Part shown: positions 29,036 to 40,582 of the stretch, in pieces | Numbering within the stretch: position 1 is the first letter of the stretch | How the letters are laid out: each line of letters starts with the position of its first letter | DNA from: an uncultured Candidatus Saccharibacteria bacterium | GTDB taxonomy: Bacteria; Patescibacteriota; Minisyncoccia; Phycocordibacterales; UBA9973 | DNA length: 64,000 bases | Direction: 5' to 3' | Assembly: GCA_964565825.1 (NCBI GenBank) | Contig: CAZMGK010000001.1 | Span: 2,052 to 66,051 of the forward strand | Program-made: the position numbers and the translations under genes | Notes under the pieces: model-generated | The model's database searches: none | What the model saw: only the letters and a program-made list of their open reading frames with translations | Told to the model about the DNA's origin: nothing

Positions 29036-30161
29036 CTCCTAAAAATTCATAATGCAAGTTATCACGATGCGTCGCCCTCCGGGTGCGATAAATAGATGAG
29101 ACAAGCCCAAGAGCGATAAATTCAGTAACTAAATGGGAACCACCGTAGCTCATAAAAGGAAGAGTGATTCCAGTAATGGGCATTATACCAATATTCATGC
29201 CGATGTTAATCAGCATGTGAGACAAGAAGAAGATAGCGATACCAACTGCTGTTAAAATCTCAAAATTTCCAGCACCATGAAGCGCTGTAGTGAGTATGCG
29301 TATAATCAAGAGAGCATACAGAACGAGCACCAGACATGCTCCAACAAAGCCCCATTCTTCTGCATAGGCAGCAAAAATAAAATCGGTTTGATATTCTGGT
29401 AGAAAATGAAGTCTGGATTGTGTCCCGTGACCAATCCCCTTGCCTAAAAATTGTCCAGATCCTACAGCAATAAGAGATTGCTTTGCATTATAGCCAGTAC
29501 CTTTTACATCAAGCGTTGGGTTAATAAAATTTTGAATTCTTTTTTTCTGATATTCTTTAAACACAAAACTCCATAGCACGACGAACAAGCTGATACCGAT
29601 AATAAAAAAGACAAAGAGGTGTTTTTTTGAGAGACCAGATACAAGAACCATACCAAACCAAATCATAAACAAAATAATAGCAGAACCGAAATCAGGTTGT
29701 AAAAAAATTAAAACAAACGGTATGATCATGTAAACCAGCGATATGAGAATATGCTTGAATCTTTTTATCTCAATATGCCTTCTTGAAAAATATTTTGCGC
29801 ACATTAAAATAACGGCAAGCTTCATCAGATCTGTTGGCTGAAAAGAAAATGCACCGAAAGAAAACCAACTCTGTGCACCTTTTACTGTATGCCCTAAAAT
29901 AAACAACACAGACAAAATCAAAACACAACATGCGTACAGATAAGAAACCGCTTGAGTCGATTTCAAAAGCTGGAAATCGATATGATGTACCGCAAAAAAA
30001 CACACAAGCGCAACTATGAGGAAAATAAGTTGTTTGTTGAAAAACAGTGCCGATTCTCCAAAAGTGTACAACGTAACGAGCGAAGAAATAGAGATGAAGA
30101 GGGCCAGACCCAATAGAGTCCAATCTACAGACGTACTATATTTTTTAAAGAAAGCAAACAT
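29028..30161 (-). CDS. SEDS-family peptidoglycan glycosyltransferase (FtsW/RodA)
   Basis: Polytopic membrane protein with FIFAAYAEEWGFVGA... and GMNIGIMPITGITLPFMSYGGSH, which are SEDS hallmarks. Confidence 0.85.
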   Translation of the reverse strand: MFAFFKKYSTSVDWTLLGLALFISISSLVTLYTFGESALFFNKQLIFLIVALVCFFAVHHIDFQLLKSTQAVSYLYACCVLILSVLFILGHTVKGAQSWFSFGAFSFQPTDLMKLAVILMCAKYFSRRHIEIKRFKHILISLVYMIIPFVLIFLQPDFGSAIILFMIWFGMVLVSGLSKKHLFVFFIIGISLFVVLWSFVFKEYQKKRIQNFINPTLDVKGTGYNAKQSLIAVGSGQFLGKGIGHGTQSRLHFLPEYQTDFIFAAYAEEWGFVGACLVLVLYALLIIRILTTALHGAGNFEILTAVGIAIFFLSHMLINIGMNIGIMPITGITLPFMSYGGSHLVTEFIALGLVSSIYRTRRATHRDNLHYEFLGVE

Positions 30162-30164
30162 AGT

Positions 30165-31013
30165 TTATTTTTTTGGATATTCTTGAGTAAAGGGATTATA
30201 TCGAGAAATAACCTCAAATCGCACAGGTGTTGTTTCAAATACTTTTTGCCAAACAATAAAGATTTGTTTTTTCTCTCTTGGGTTGAGTTTAGGAATAACG
30301 GTCTTCCCTACTTGTACCACATTTCCTTCTGCATCATACGCAAGTACATAGACGTCTATTTTGGAAATAGAAAATACTTGAGATGCATTACGAAGCATTG
30401 CAGAAAATCGAGGTTTGATATCATCGGTATTAAATAATTGTTCTGAAACTTCAATAACCATGTCATCATACCGGGTATCTGTTTTATGCCAAGACACAGC
30501 TTCTTGTAATTCAAATGTTGTATAGGTCGGGATGGTGTTGCCTACTGGAATCTGCTGCTCGAACACAACCATGCCTTTATTGGGTTCGATAAAAGTACTT
30601 CCGGATTTTTCAACAATCAGTACTCTGTTTTGATCATATAATTTAAATTTATACGCTACTTCTTTTACTCCAGCTTGAAAATTTTGATTTTCAATATATG
30701 CAACTGCATTATAAAAACCAGGAACTATTTCGTAAGACCTTTGCCATTTGATGACTGGATCTTGAGTAAACTCTTTACACTGTAAAGAACATTCTCCTCC
30801 ACAATCTACTCCGAATTCTGTGCCGTTTTTTTTAGTATCAAAACAAGTAGGTTTTTTATTTACAAGAGGAATTAAAATAACCACAAAAACACCCAACAGT
30901 ATAATTCCCATTATAGAAAGTATGTTAAATTGTCTTTGTGATGCCCAGCTCATGTAGAGTACTATACCACAAGTCAGACCAGAACTCACACAGTACTTTT
31001 TCGGAGCGCGCAT
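30165..31013 (-). CDS. Hypothetical membrane-anchored protein with a Cys-rich segment; the start is uncertain (an alternative start lies at the internal MSWASQ...).
   Basis: TM helix IMGIILLGVFVVILIPLV; no recognisable domain. Confidence 0.45.
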   Translation of the reverse strand: MRAPKKYCVSSGLTCGIVLYMSWASQRQFNILSIMGIILLGVFVVILIPLVNKKPTCFDTKKNGTEFGVDCGGECSLQCKEFTQDPVIKWQRSYEIVPGFYNAVAYIENQNFQAGVKEVAYKFKLYDQNRVLIVEKSGSTFIEPNKGMVVFEQQIPVGNTIPTYTTFELQEAVSWHKTDTRYDDMVIEVSEQLFNTDDIKPRFSAMLRNASQVFSISKIDVYVLAYDAEGNVVQVGKTVIPKLNPREKKQIFIVWQKVFETTPVRFEVISRYNPFTQEYPKK

Positions 31014-31041
31014 ATTTTTCTCAAAAAATATGCGCGCTCCG
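31002..31041. promoter_or_regulatory. Perfect 18-nt-arm palindrome CGGAGCGCGCATATTTTT-ctca-AAAAATATGCGCGCTCCG spanning the annotated start codon, in the divergent region before efp.
   Basis: Read directly; candidate operator. Confidence 0.4.
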
Positions 31042-31137
31042 AACCCCCAGCGACTTACGAACGTATCGAGAAAAGTACTTTGACAGTTCTCGCTTATCTA
31101 TTGCATTTATCTTCAAAATAAATTACTCTATACACAT

Positions 31138-31719
31138 ATGTTAGAATACAACGAAATCAGAGAAAGAAAAGTCATCATTTACGAGGATGAACCATACGAA
31201 GTTATCACAAGTCATGTCTTTCGCAAACAACAACGAAAACCAGTCAATGCAACCAAACTCAAAAATCTCCTGACCGGAAAAGTTTTGGAAATATCTTTTC
31301 ATGTCTCGGACAAAGTAGACGAAGCTGATCTCGAAAAGAGCGAAGTGAAATACCTCTACAATGCAAAAGGAGAATACTGGTTCTGTGATGCAAAAGACCC
31401 GGCGAACAGATTTGTTGTCCCAGCAGATAAGATCGGCAACCCACAAGTCAAATTTCTCAAAGAAGGCATGACAGCGACAATGAAAATTTTTGAAAATGAA
31501 AATGAAGATCGCATCATTGTCGCTGTCGAGATCCCGATCAAAATGGAATTCATCATCAAAGAAGCGGCGCCTGCGGTACGCGGAAATACAGCGACGAACG
31601 CAACCAAGTCTGTCATCCTTGAAAACGATACAGAAATATTTGTTCCAATGTTTCTCGAAGAAGGAGAGCGAATCCGCATCAATACAGAAAATGGTGAATA
31701 CGTAGAGCGGGCGAACTAG
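31138..31719 (+). CDS. efp: Elongation factor P
   Basis: 193 aa, KLKNLLTGKV...; three-domain EF-P architecture. Confidence 0.93.
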   Translation: MLEYNEIRERKVIIYEDEPYEVITSHVFRKQQRKPVNATKLKNLLTGKVLEISFHVSDKVDEADLEKSEVKYLYNAKGEYWFCDAKDPANRFVVPADKIGNPQVKFLKEGMTATMKIFENENEDRIIVAVEIPIKMEFIIKEAAPAVRGNTATNATKSVILENDTEIFVPMFLEEGERIRINTENGEYVERAN

Positions 31720-31762
31720 GTATCTAGTGAGTAGTTAATAGAAAATGCAGAGTACAAAATAC

Positions 31763-31800
31763 AGGAGCGTGCCCTTCGGGCACGCTCCTGTATTTGTATT
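31763..31800 (+). terminator. efp terminator: GGAGCGTGCCC-ttcg-GGCACGCTCC + TGTATTTGTATT.
   Basis: GC stem, UUCG loop, T-rich tail. Near-identical to the terminator at 9931-9974. Confidence 0.7.
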
Positions 31801-31845
31801 GTTCACTAAAATCTAAAATCTTAAATCTGACTGCAAAGACAAAAA

Positions 31846-31873
31846 GAAAAGCACCCTTGCGGGTGCTTTTCTC
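31846..31873 (-). terminator. Terminator for the convergent minus-strand gene: AAAAGCACCC-ttgc-GGGTGCTTTT.
   Basis: Stem flanked by A/T runs. Confidence 0.6.
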
Positions 31874-31936
31874 GGCATTTGTGCAATATTACTTTAAGGA
31901 GTACTATCTCACAAAAAGAATATAGCAGTTTGAGGT

Positions 31937-32422
31937 CTATTTGTCAAGCAGTTTTTTCAAAAGAACAGATTGTTCATCAATCTTTTTCTCTAAAACTTCT
32001 TGCTTATCGCTCACCTCGTCTACTTCTTGATATAAATCATCTATCACCTGTTCTACTTGTTCGATTGCACCCTCTTCTTCTTTCACTTCGTCTGCTGTTT
32101 TATCAACCATCTTTTTTTCTTTTTTTAATCCAGAGAGCACGAGCATATCACCAACAAATGCAGACACAAACACACCGATCAAAAGGAGAAACAACGCACT
32201 GAGAACCAGAGACACTGGCCCAGAAAAAATAAACCCGAGTAACCCACCATGCGACTCTAGCCAGTCCCCTGTATGCCAGACCCCTCGCCAAAAAAGAACG
32301 ATTAAAATACCAGCAATAATTGCATACCAAATAGGGTATTTTGAAAGTCCTCCACGCACATGGTCTTCTAATTTATCAAAAAAGAGAACTATTTTTTTAT
32401 ATGCACTCATCATAAATTCCAT
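31937..32422 (-). CDS. Hypothetical membrane protein with an acidic coiled-coil C-terminus; probable start at MEFMMSAYKK (the ORF track extends it to 32500 across hairpin DNA).
   Basis: TM segments followed by a KEEEGAIEQVEQVIDDLYQEVDEV low-complexity tail. Confidence 0.5.
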   Translation of the reverse strand: MEFMMSAYKKIVLFFDKLEDHVRGGLSKYPIWYAIIAGILIVLFWRGVWHTGDWLESHGGLLGFIFSGPVSLVLSALFLLLIGVFVSAFVGDMLVLSGLKKEKKMVDKTADEVKEEEGAIEQVEQVIDDLYQEVDEVSDKQEVLEKKIDEQSVLLKKLLDK

Positions 32423-32440
32423 ACACGTAGTATACCACAC

Positions 32441-32545
32441 ACCCGGAAGTAGATTTTGGTAAGGTGACACATACGAGTCACGCGCTATACGCATTACCAA
32501 AACTCACTTCCGGGAAATCAAAAATACCTTCTTTCAAAGGTATTT
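32441..32545. other. Two hairpins just downstream of the rnpB 3' end: an imperfect 22-nt-arm nested IR (ACCCGGAAGTAGATTTTGGTAA...TTACCAAAACTCACTTCCGGGA) and AAAAATACCTT-ctttcaa-AAGGTATTTTT.
   Basis: Complementarity read directly; plausible rnpB terminator or processing structures. Confidence 0.4.
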
Positions 32546-32990
32546 TTCATGATGTCACACGATAAGCCGAATTCTGTCCCCCGCACTCACTATACAAATT
32601 TAGAAACTAATATAGTGAGTGCGGGAGGATACACATTTATCTGGGATAGATATTACTATCTACCTCAAGCGATTCTTCCTCGATATTTCTATCTCAGACG
32701 CGATCTTGCACACAAGTACGGATTTAGCCGTTTCATTCTCTCCTTACAAAGAGATTATTCCTTACAATTACTTGTCGGGAACCCTAGCCTTTCGGCATTG
32801 GCGTCACTGTTCGCACCGCGCACTTACATACGATGGGCGTTACCCACTACTCTTGAGGGAGGCCTTGCCTCCCTCAGTGTGTTCGGACTTTCCTCCCCCA
32901 CACCTATATTTTTATTGCTGATGAATCAGCGTTTTATAGAAACAATAAAAACATGGGTGTGGGGGCGTGTATCTGTGCAACACAACCACT
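32545..32990 (-). ncRNA. rnpB: RNase P RNA (bacterial), with an unusually long AU-rich P3 closed by the CCCCCACACC/GGTGTGGGGG stem.
   Basis: Minus-strand RNA carries the P4 5' strand GGGAGGAAAGUCCGAAC (reverse complement of 32881-32897), the P8-like UGGGUAACGCCCA, and the P4 3' strand GACAGAAUUCGGCUUAUCG (reverse complement of 32559-32577), about 400 nt apart in the canonical order. P2 ACACG/CGUGU. The overlapping plus-strand ORFs 32549..33028 and 32619..32921 are spurious. Confidence 0.75.
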
Positions 32991-33059
32991 ATACTCTATT
33001 TGAGAAAATAAAAAAACCCGCATGCTAGATGCGGGTTTTGTACTTAGGATACACAGCAA

Positions 33060-33698
33060 TTAATCAGGGTTGCCACTTCCCTCTTGTTTGCTTTCTAGTG
33101 GTTCGGCAAACGCGACAATTTTTACTCCTTGTTCGAGGATAAAATAGCTTGGCACCGGCAGGTAATGAATGTGCGCGTGATTTTTCTCATCACGTCTTAC
33201 CCAAAAAGCAGACGGTGTGCCATAGATTTGATAAAGCACTAAGACCGCTTTTTTGTATGTTGCTTTTCCATCCGACACATCGATATCTTCGGCAAAAAAC
33301 TCATCAGTACTGAGAATATTTTTTACGAATTGGAGAGCTTCTCCTTGTGACATAAACGATCTTTCTGGGTACATTTTTTGTACTTCAAAAAAAATAGAAA
33401 ATAAATTCGCTTCTTTTTTAAGAAAAAAGAATTCCTGAACTGACTTGAGTCTATTCACCATAACACGGAAATAAACGAGCCACGGTACCTGATAAATTTC
33501 TTTATCGATTTTTGGTTTTTTGCGATCTCTCGATTGCTCTCTGTAGAAAATATCTTTGAAAAAATCGCTGACACTTTCAAAAGTCAATATAAAGGGTTGG
33601 GTAATCAAATGGATAATCATGGCAGGAAAGAGTTTTCTTTCCTCGAGTATGTCCGAGTAAATCGGAGAAAATTGGGTGTTTTCTGTTTGCGTTTTCAT
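33060..33698 (-). CDS. Hypothetical protein
   Basis: 212-aa ORF in a coding-like context; no recognisable motifs. Confidence 0.45.
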   Translation of the reverse strand: MKTQTENTQFSPIYSDILEERKLFPAMIIHLITQPFILTFESVSDFFKDIFYREQSRDRKKPKIDKEIYQVPWLVYFRVMVNRLKSVQEFFFLKKEANLFSIFFEVQKMYPERSFMSQGEALQFVKNILSTDEFFAEDIDVSDGKATYKKAVLVLYQIYGTPSAFWVRRDEKNHAHIHYLPVPSYFILEQGVKIVAFAEPLESKQEGSGNPD

Positions 33699-33865
33699 TT
33701 TTAAAGTTTTTTCTACTATAACCTATATAAAGATGTATGTCAAATTCCTCAGCTGAACAAGATGTTTTTGATACTACCAGTTTTTAAAATACTTGCCCCG
33801 ACATCTATGCGTATGTACCCATAAAAGGGTAATATAGCAGGACTTAAAGATACAGGTGGTAGGGC

Positions 33866-33893
33866 TTGACAAAATTTGTGTATTTGCTATAAT
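33866..33893 (+). promoter_or_regulatory. Consensus sigma-70 promoter (TTGACA-16nt-TATAAT) only 8 nt before the ATG; implies a leaderless or near-leaderless mRNA.
   Basis: TTGACA at 33866-33871, TATAAT at 33888-33893, ATG at 33902. Confidence 0.6.
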
Positions 33894-33901
33894 ACGAACA
33901 T

Positions 33902-34903
33902 ATGAAAAAGACATACTTCAAAAAACTTATTATCCTCGGAGCCTTTGTAGTTTTCTCTGTACTTGCAGGGAGTGCTTCAGCCTGTACTATCTACGATGAA
34001 GGCTGTAATCGATACGAGGACCATTTACCTCAAATATACGGAAATAATTACACAGGCCAAGGGCAAAACTATCCTGTATACCAAAATCCGCAAGGGGCGT
34101 ATTATGCTGTTTCGAACTACCAACAACCACAGTATATTCCGCAGGCACCTATCGTCATGAGTAACGATAGCTACACTGGTCAAAACTACGGAGGTACTTC
34201 ATCAACCACAAACACTGCAGGAAACACATCATCCCAAAACGAAAACTCGGATGAAAATCCAGGTCTCTTGAGTAGTATTTTTGGTAACAAATCTACTGCT
34301 GCCAAAAAAAACACCTTTTCAAATGGGTCTGAGACGATAGAAGCTGATCAAAATCTCCAAGCGCTCGTCAACAGTAAAGGACTCGCTATGGGAACAAATA
34401 ATGGACTCTGTGGGACAACACAGAAAGAAGACTACCTCATCTTGTACAAAAACATCACCGGAGTCACTGTGACAAATGTCGCTATTCGAATGAGTCTCCC
34501 AACGGGGATTACTCCAACAAATACGAGTGGTGGATCATACTCAGAAAGAGACAACACTGTTACCTTTTTTATTGGCGTACTTGCGCCAGACCAAACTGGA
34601 CAAATCCTTCTTCCTGTCAAAAAAACGGGAACCATAGAAGGAGTCGCTCGTAGCGAAATGGTCTACACACTCCCGAATCAAAATCAGAACATGGTTGTTG
34701 CGTACGCCTTTGGAAACGGTACCTGTGCACAGAGTGTCCTCGGCGCAAGTGCTATTGGAAGTGGAAACAATTTATTTGGAGGAACACTCCTCGGATGGAT
34801 ATTCCTAGCTCTTCTTGTTGGTGCATTTATTTACCTATTTAGATTTTTCTTACTCAGAAAACAAGCTCATCATGGAGGTGATGGACATGGTCACGGACAC
34901 TAA
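33902..34903 (+). CDS. Secreted/cell-surface protein with a Q/N/Y-rich low-complexity region, a DUF11/CARDB-like beta domain, a C-terminal TM anchor and a His-rich tail.
   Basis: Signal peptide; YPVYQNPQGAYYAVSNYQQPQY; C-terminal LLGWIFLALLVGAFIYLF + HHGGDGHGHGH. Confidence 0.6.
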   Translation: MKKTYFKKLIILGAFVVFSVLAGSASACTIYDEGCNRYEDHLPQIYGNNYTGQGQNYPVYQNPQGAYYAVSNYQQPQYIPQAPIVMSNDSYTGQNYGGTSSTTNTAGNTSSQNENSDENPGLLSSIFGNKSTAAKKNTFSNGSETIEADQNLQALVNSKGLAMGTNNGLCGTTQKEDYLILYKNITGVTVTNVAIRMSLPTGITPTNTSGGSYSERDNTVTFFIGVLAPDQTGQILLPVKKTGTIEGVARSEMVYTLPNQNQNMVVAYAFGNGTCAQSVLGASAIGSGNNLFGGTLLGWIFLALLVGAFIYLFRFFLLRKQAHHGGDGHGHGH

Positions 34904-34914
34904 TTGATCTCTCT

Positions 34915-34956
34915 GAAAAAAGCGGGGCAAACCAAAGGTTTGCCCCGCTTTTTTAC
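34915..34956. terminator. Bidirectional terminator AAGCGGGGCAAACC-aaa-GGTTTGCCCCGCTT + T6.
   Basis: 14-bp stem flanked by A/T tracts; between convergent genes. Confidence 0.75.
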
Positions 34957-37943
34957 ACACTCAGTATTTTCTGTATACGCGCACATGACTCACAAGGAGA
35001 TTGTGAACCATATGACTTTGCATTGCATGGACGTTCTGTCCATTTTCCAGAAAGAAGCAACTCTTGATAATCATGAATATCTTTCACAAGTAACTCTACG
35101 GTGTCTCGTTCTACGCGTGTCTGATAGAGCGCATGTTTAGCGTCTCCTTCTTCAAGAAAAAGAAGTCGCGATTCACTCACCCACGCACCTTCAACACCTT
35201 CTATTAAATACGAATACATCGCCAGCTGACGCATCAAACTCGACAGTCGGCCATCTTCTGTCATTTTTTCTACGACTCCTGCCGTCTTACTCTTTCCTGT
35301 TTTGAAATCAGTCACCACAATCGTTCCATCTGGGTATCTTTCTGTGAGGTCAATTTTTCCATGCATGATCAGATTTGGAAACCGTTTGTCTCTATACGAG
35401 ATATTTCTTTCAGAGACATGGTCAGTTGCGAGTGCCTGATAGTACGTATCTATCCAATACACAATCGCCGTGCGTGCCTCTACAAGTAATCGTGCAACAT
35501 CTTTTTTGTTGGTAATTCTTTCTTTTTCTAATTCATACACAATATGACTATCAATGGACGTGATCTGTGGACGTGTCTCTTGTTTCAAGATATATTCAAT
35601 CGTCCCATGAACGACAGACCCAAGCGCAAGTGATACACTTTTTGTTTCTGGAAGTTTTAAGAAATTTCTAAAATACCATTTCCATGGGCAATCAAAAAAG
35701 TTATTGAGCATCGACACAGAAATTTTTGTTTCGGTGAATCGTTCTCTCACAAAACGCTGTATATCGGGGATCAGTTTCTGGTCTACACACACGAGCGGTT
35801 TCAGTGCGTAATTTTTTGGATTTTCAGAAAGTATGTATGCTTCATTGTCCCCTGCACTCACTCTGTCAAAATGATCTACAGTGAGATCTGAAATACTGTG
35901 CACAAGTTCGAGCTCTCCCCCGTCGTCTTTGTGGAGAGAGTAGCTCAAAGTACAGAAACGTTTACTACGGGTAATAGCAACATAGAGTTCTCTTTTTGTG
36001 GACATTTCAGTACGGACACTTACTTTTTCTTTTATTTTCTCTGGTAAGGTAAATGCTGTCGTTTTTTCACTCATGAGTATTTCTTCATTGACATGAGCAA
36101 TCCACACATACTCATATTCAAGTCCTTTTGATTTATGAAACGTATTTATGGAAATACCCTCTTTTGCGCCAAGGTGTGCAATGGAAACTTGATTGCCATA
36201 CAATTTGAGACGTGTAAAATATTCAAGAAAATCTCTTAATTTCTTTGTCTGTTGTTTTTCCTCAAACAGAGTGGCGCTGTGGATATAGGTTCTGACAATT
36301 TCAATTGCCAACAATAAACGATCGTGAGTTTGAGCTTCTTCTATCAACAGTTCATTCCCAATGATACTCACGACATGTGTTAGTGGCTCGTGAGTTAGTG
36401 TTTCTATCCAGGTTTTTAGTTTCTTTCCAAATAATGCGATAGGATTTTCTTCACCAAAAAGCCCATCATGGTCTCCTGCGTGTGCAATCATATCGACAGT
36501 GAGCTCAGTCCCTTTTTTGAGATTTTTTAAAAACGTATGTGCTGTGATTGGTGGGATCAAACTTGTTTCATCGAGCATCAGTTCACACAAAAGCACATGG
36601 TCGGTTGGATCGACTATGCACTGAAGTACGCGCATCATACTCTCTGCTTGAGGCGTATTCAACAGTGATACATGTTGTTCGGACACAACAGGAAGCCCCA
36701 TGCTCCGAAACAAGGTTGTGGCATTTTTGACATGCTTGTTTTTAGGCAAGAGTAGTGCACACTGTTTTGGGTCTACACCACTTGCAATTACTTTTTTGAA
36801 GTAGAGACCCGCACCGATGAGTTCGTCACGAGTATACTCAAATTCAGACAAGGTGATTTTATCAAGCCCAAGAGTATTGCTGGAAAGCGATTCAGTTGCG
36901 AGGCTACTTTTTAAGATATCATCGGCTAAAGCTAAAATCGGTTTGGTCGAACGGTAATTTTCAGAGAGGACAATTTTTTTTGCATCCCCAAAACTTGTTT
37001 GAAAATCAGTAAAATAATCTATATTTGCCCCAGAAAATCCGTAAATAAGTTGCCGGTCATCACCGACAACAAAAATGTTTGGCTGTTCGACTGGGTTCTC
37101 TCTATCTGCCCAGACAGCTTTGAGAAAACTATTTTGAATATTATTTGAATCCTGATGTTCATCAACCAGTACGTACAGATAACTTTCTTGAACCAAAGAC
37201 CGTACGTCTTCGTAGTCAGAGACCAATGTGACGGCGTACTCCAATACGTCATTGTAGTCCATAAAATTATTTTCTTTCTTGAGTTTTTCATATTCTGTAT
37301 AAAAGGTGACAATCTCAGCCGTACGGTTAAGACTATCGATTCTTTTTTCTATCTCTTTTTTCAATTGGCCCTTGGTTGGTCCACGAGAAGAAATATTTTC
37401 TGGATCAGCTCGAAGTTCTGCTATTTCAGATTCAATTTCTAATTTGAAATCAATCGGCGTAATGAGCTCACGTTTCAAAAAAGAAATAAGATTGGTCAAA
37501 TCAGAAAAATATTTTGTCTTGTCGATCCTTGGTGTGAGGTATTCCCATGTGTGAGTCTCGAGTAATTCATCAATCAAAAAAACTGCTTCTCTTTCATCAA
37601 GAAGTTTTGGTGGGTGGGTAAAATCGAGTAGTTCATAATTTTTTTCTACAAGATCAATCGCAAAACTATGAAATGTCGTAATACGTACATCTCGCGCCGT
37701 ACTCCCAATATATTTTTCAAGTCGTTCCTGCATTGCTGAAACACCAGAGCGAGTAAACGTCAGACACAGTATTCCAGACGCCTCGGAGAGGTTTTCATTC
37801 AAAATATGCGCAATGCGAAGCGTCAGTACTTGAGTTTTTCCAGTACCAGGTCCGGCAATAACCATGACTGGACCTTCGGTCGATTCAACAGCTTGTTTTT
37901 GTTGTGTGTTGAGTTTTTGTAGTGCTTCTTCAAAATCTTTCAT
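34953..37943 (-). CDS. UvrD/PcrA-family ATP-dependent DNA helicase fused to a C-terminal RecB-family PD-(D/E)XK nuclease with a Cys cluster (AddA/AdnB-like architecture).
   Basis: Walker A (VIAGPGTGKTQ), motif II (VDEHQD). The C-terminus has GKIDLTERY...VTDFKTGKS plus CPWKWYF...CNAKSYGSQSPCESC. Confidence 0.8.
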   Translation of the reverse strand: MKDFEEALQKLNTQQKQAVESTEGPVMVIAGPGTGKTQVLTLRIAHILNENLSEASGILCLTFTRSGVSAMQERLEKYIGSTARDVRITTFHSFAIDLVEKNYELLDFTHPPKLLDEREAVFLIDELLETHTWEYLTPRIDKTKYFSDLTNLISFLKRELITPIDFKLEIESEIAELRADPENISSRGPTKGQLKKEIEKRIDSLNRTAEIVTFYTEYEKLKKENNFMDYNDVLEYAVTLVSDYEDVRSLVQESYLYVLVDEHQDSNNIQNSFLKAVWADRENPVEQPNIFVVGDDRQLIYGFSGANIDYFTDFQTSFGDAKKIVLSENYRSTKPILALADDILKSSLATESLSSNTLGLDKITLSEFEYTRDELIGAGLYFKKVIASGVDPKQCALLLPKNKHVKNATTLFRSMGLPVVSEQHVSLLNTPQAESMMRVLQCIVDPTDHVLLCELMLDETSLIPPITAHTFLKNLKKGTELTVDMIAHAGDHDGLFGEENPIALFGKKLKTWIETLTHEPLTHVVSIIGNELLIEEAQTHDRLLLAIEIVRTYIHSATLFEEKQQTKKLRDFLEYFTRLKLYGNQVSIAHLGAKEGISINTFHKSKGLEYEYVWIAHVNEEILMSEKTTAFTLPEKIKEKVSVRTEMSTKRELYVAITRSKRFCTLSYSLHKDDGGELELVHSISDLTVDHFDRVSAGDNEAYILSENPKNYALKPLVCVDQKLIPDIQRFVRERFTETKISVSMLNNFFDCPWKWYFRNFLKLPETKSVSLALGSVVHGTIEYILKQETRPQITSIDSHIVYELEKERITNKKDVARLLVEARTAIVYWIDTYYQALATDHVSERNISYRDKRFPNLIMHGKIDLTERYPDGTIVVTDFKTGKSKTAGVVEKMTEDGRLSSLMRQLAMYSYLIEGVEGAWVSESRLLFLEEGDAKHALYQTRVERDTVELLVKDIHDYQELLLSGKWTERPCNAKSYGSQSPCESCARIQKILSV

Positions 37944-37950
37944 GTTTTTA

Positions 37951-40580
<2,630 letters not shown>

Positions 40581-40582
40581 AA

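Noticed and set aside
32549-33028. Plus-strand ORFs of 159 aa and 100 aa (32619..32921).
   Set aside because: They overlap the RNase P RNA gene. Their amino-acid sequences are low-complexity, and the DNA is explained by conserved rnpB helices.
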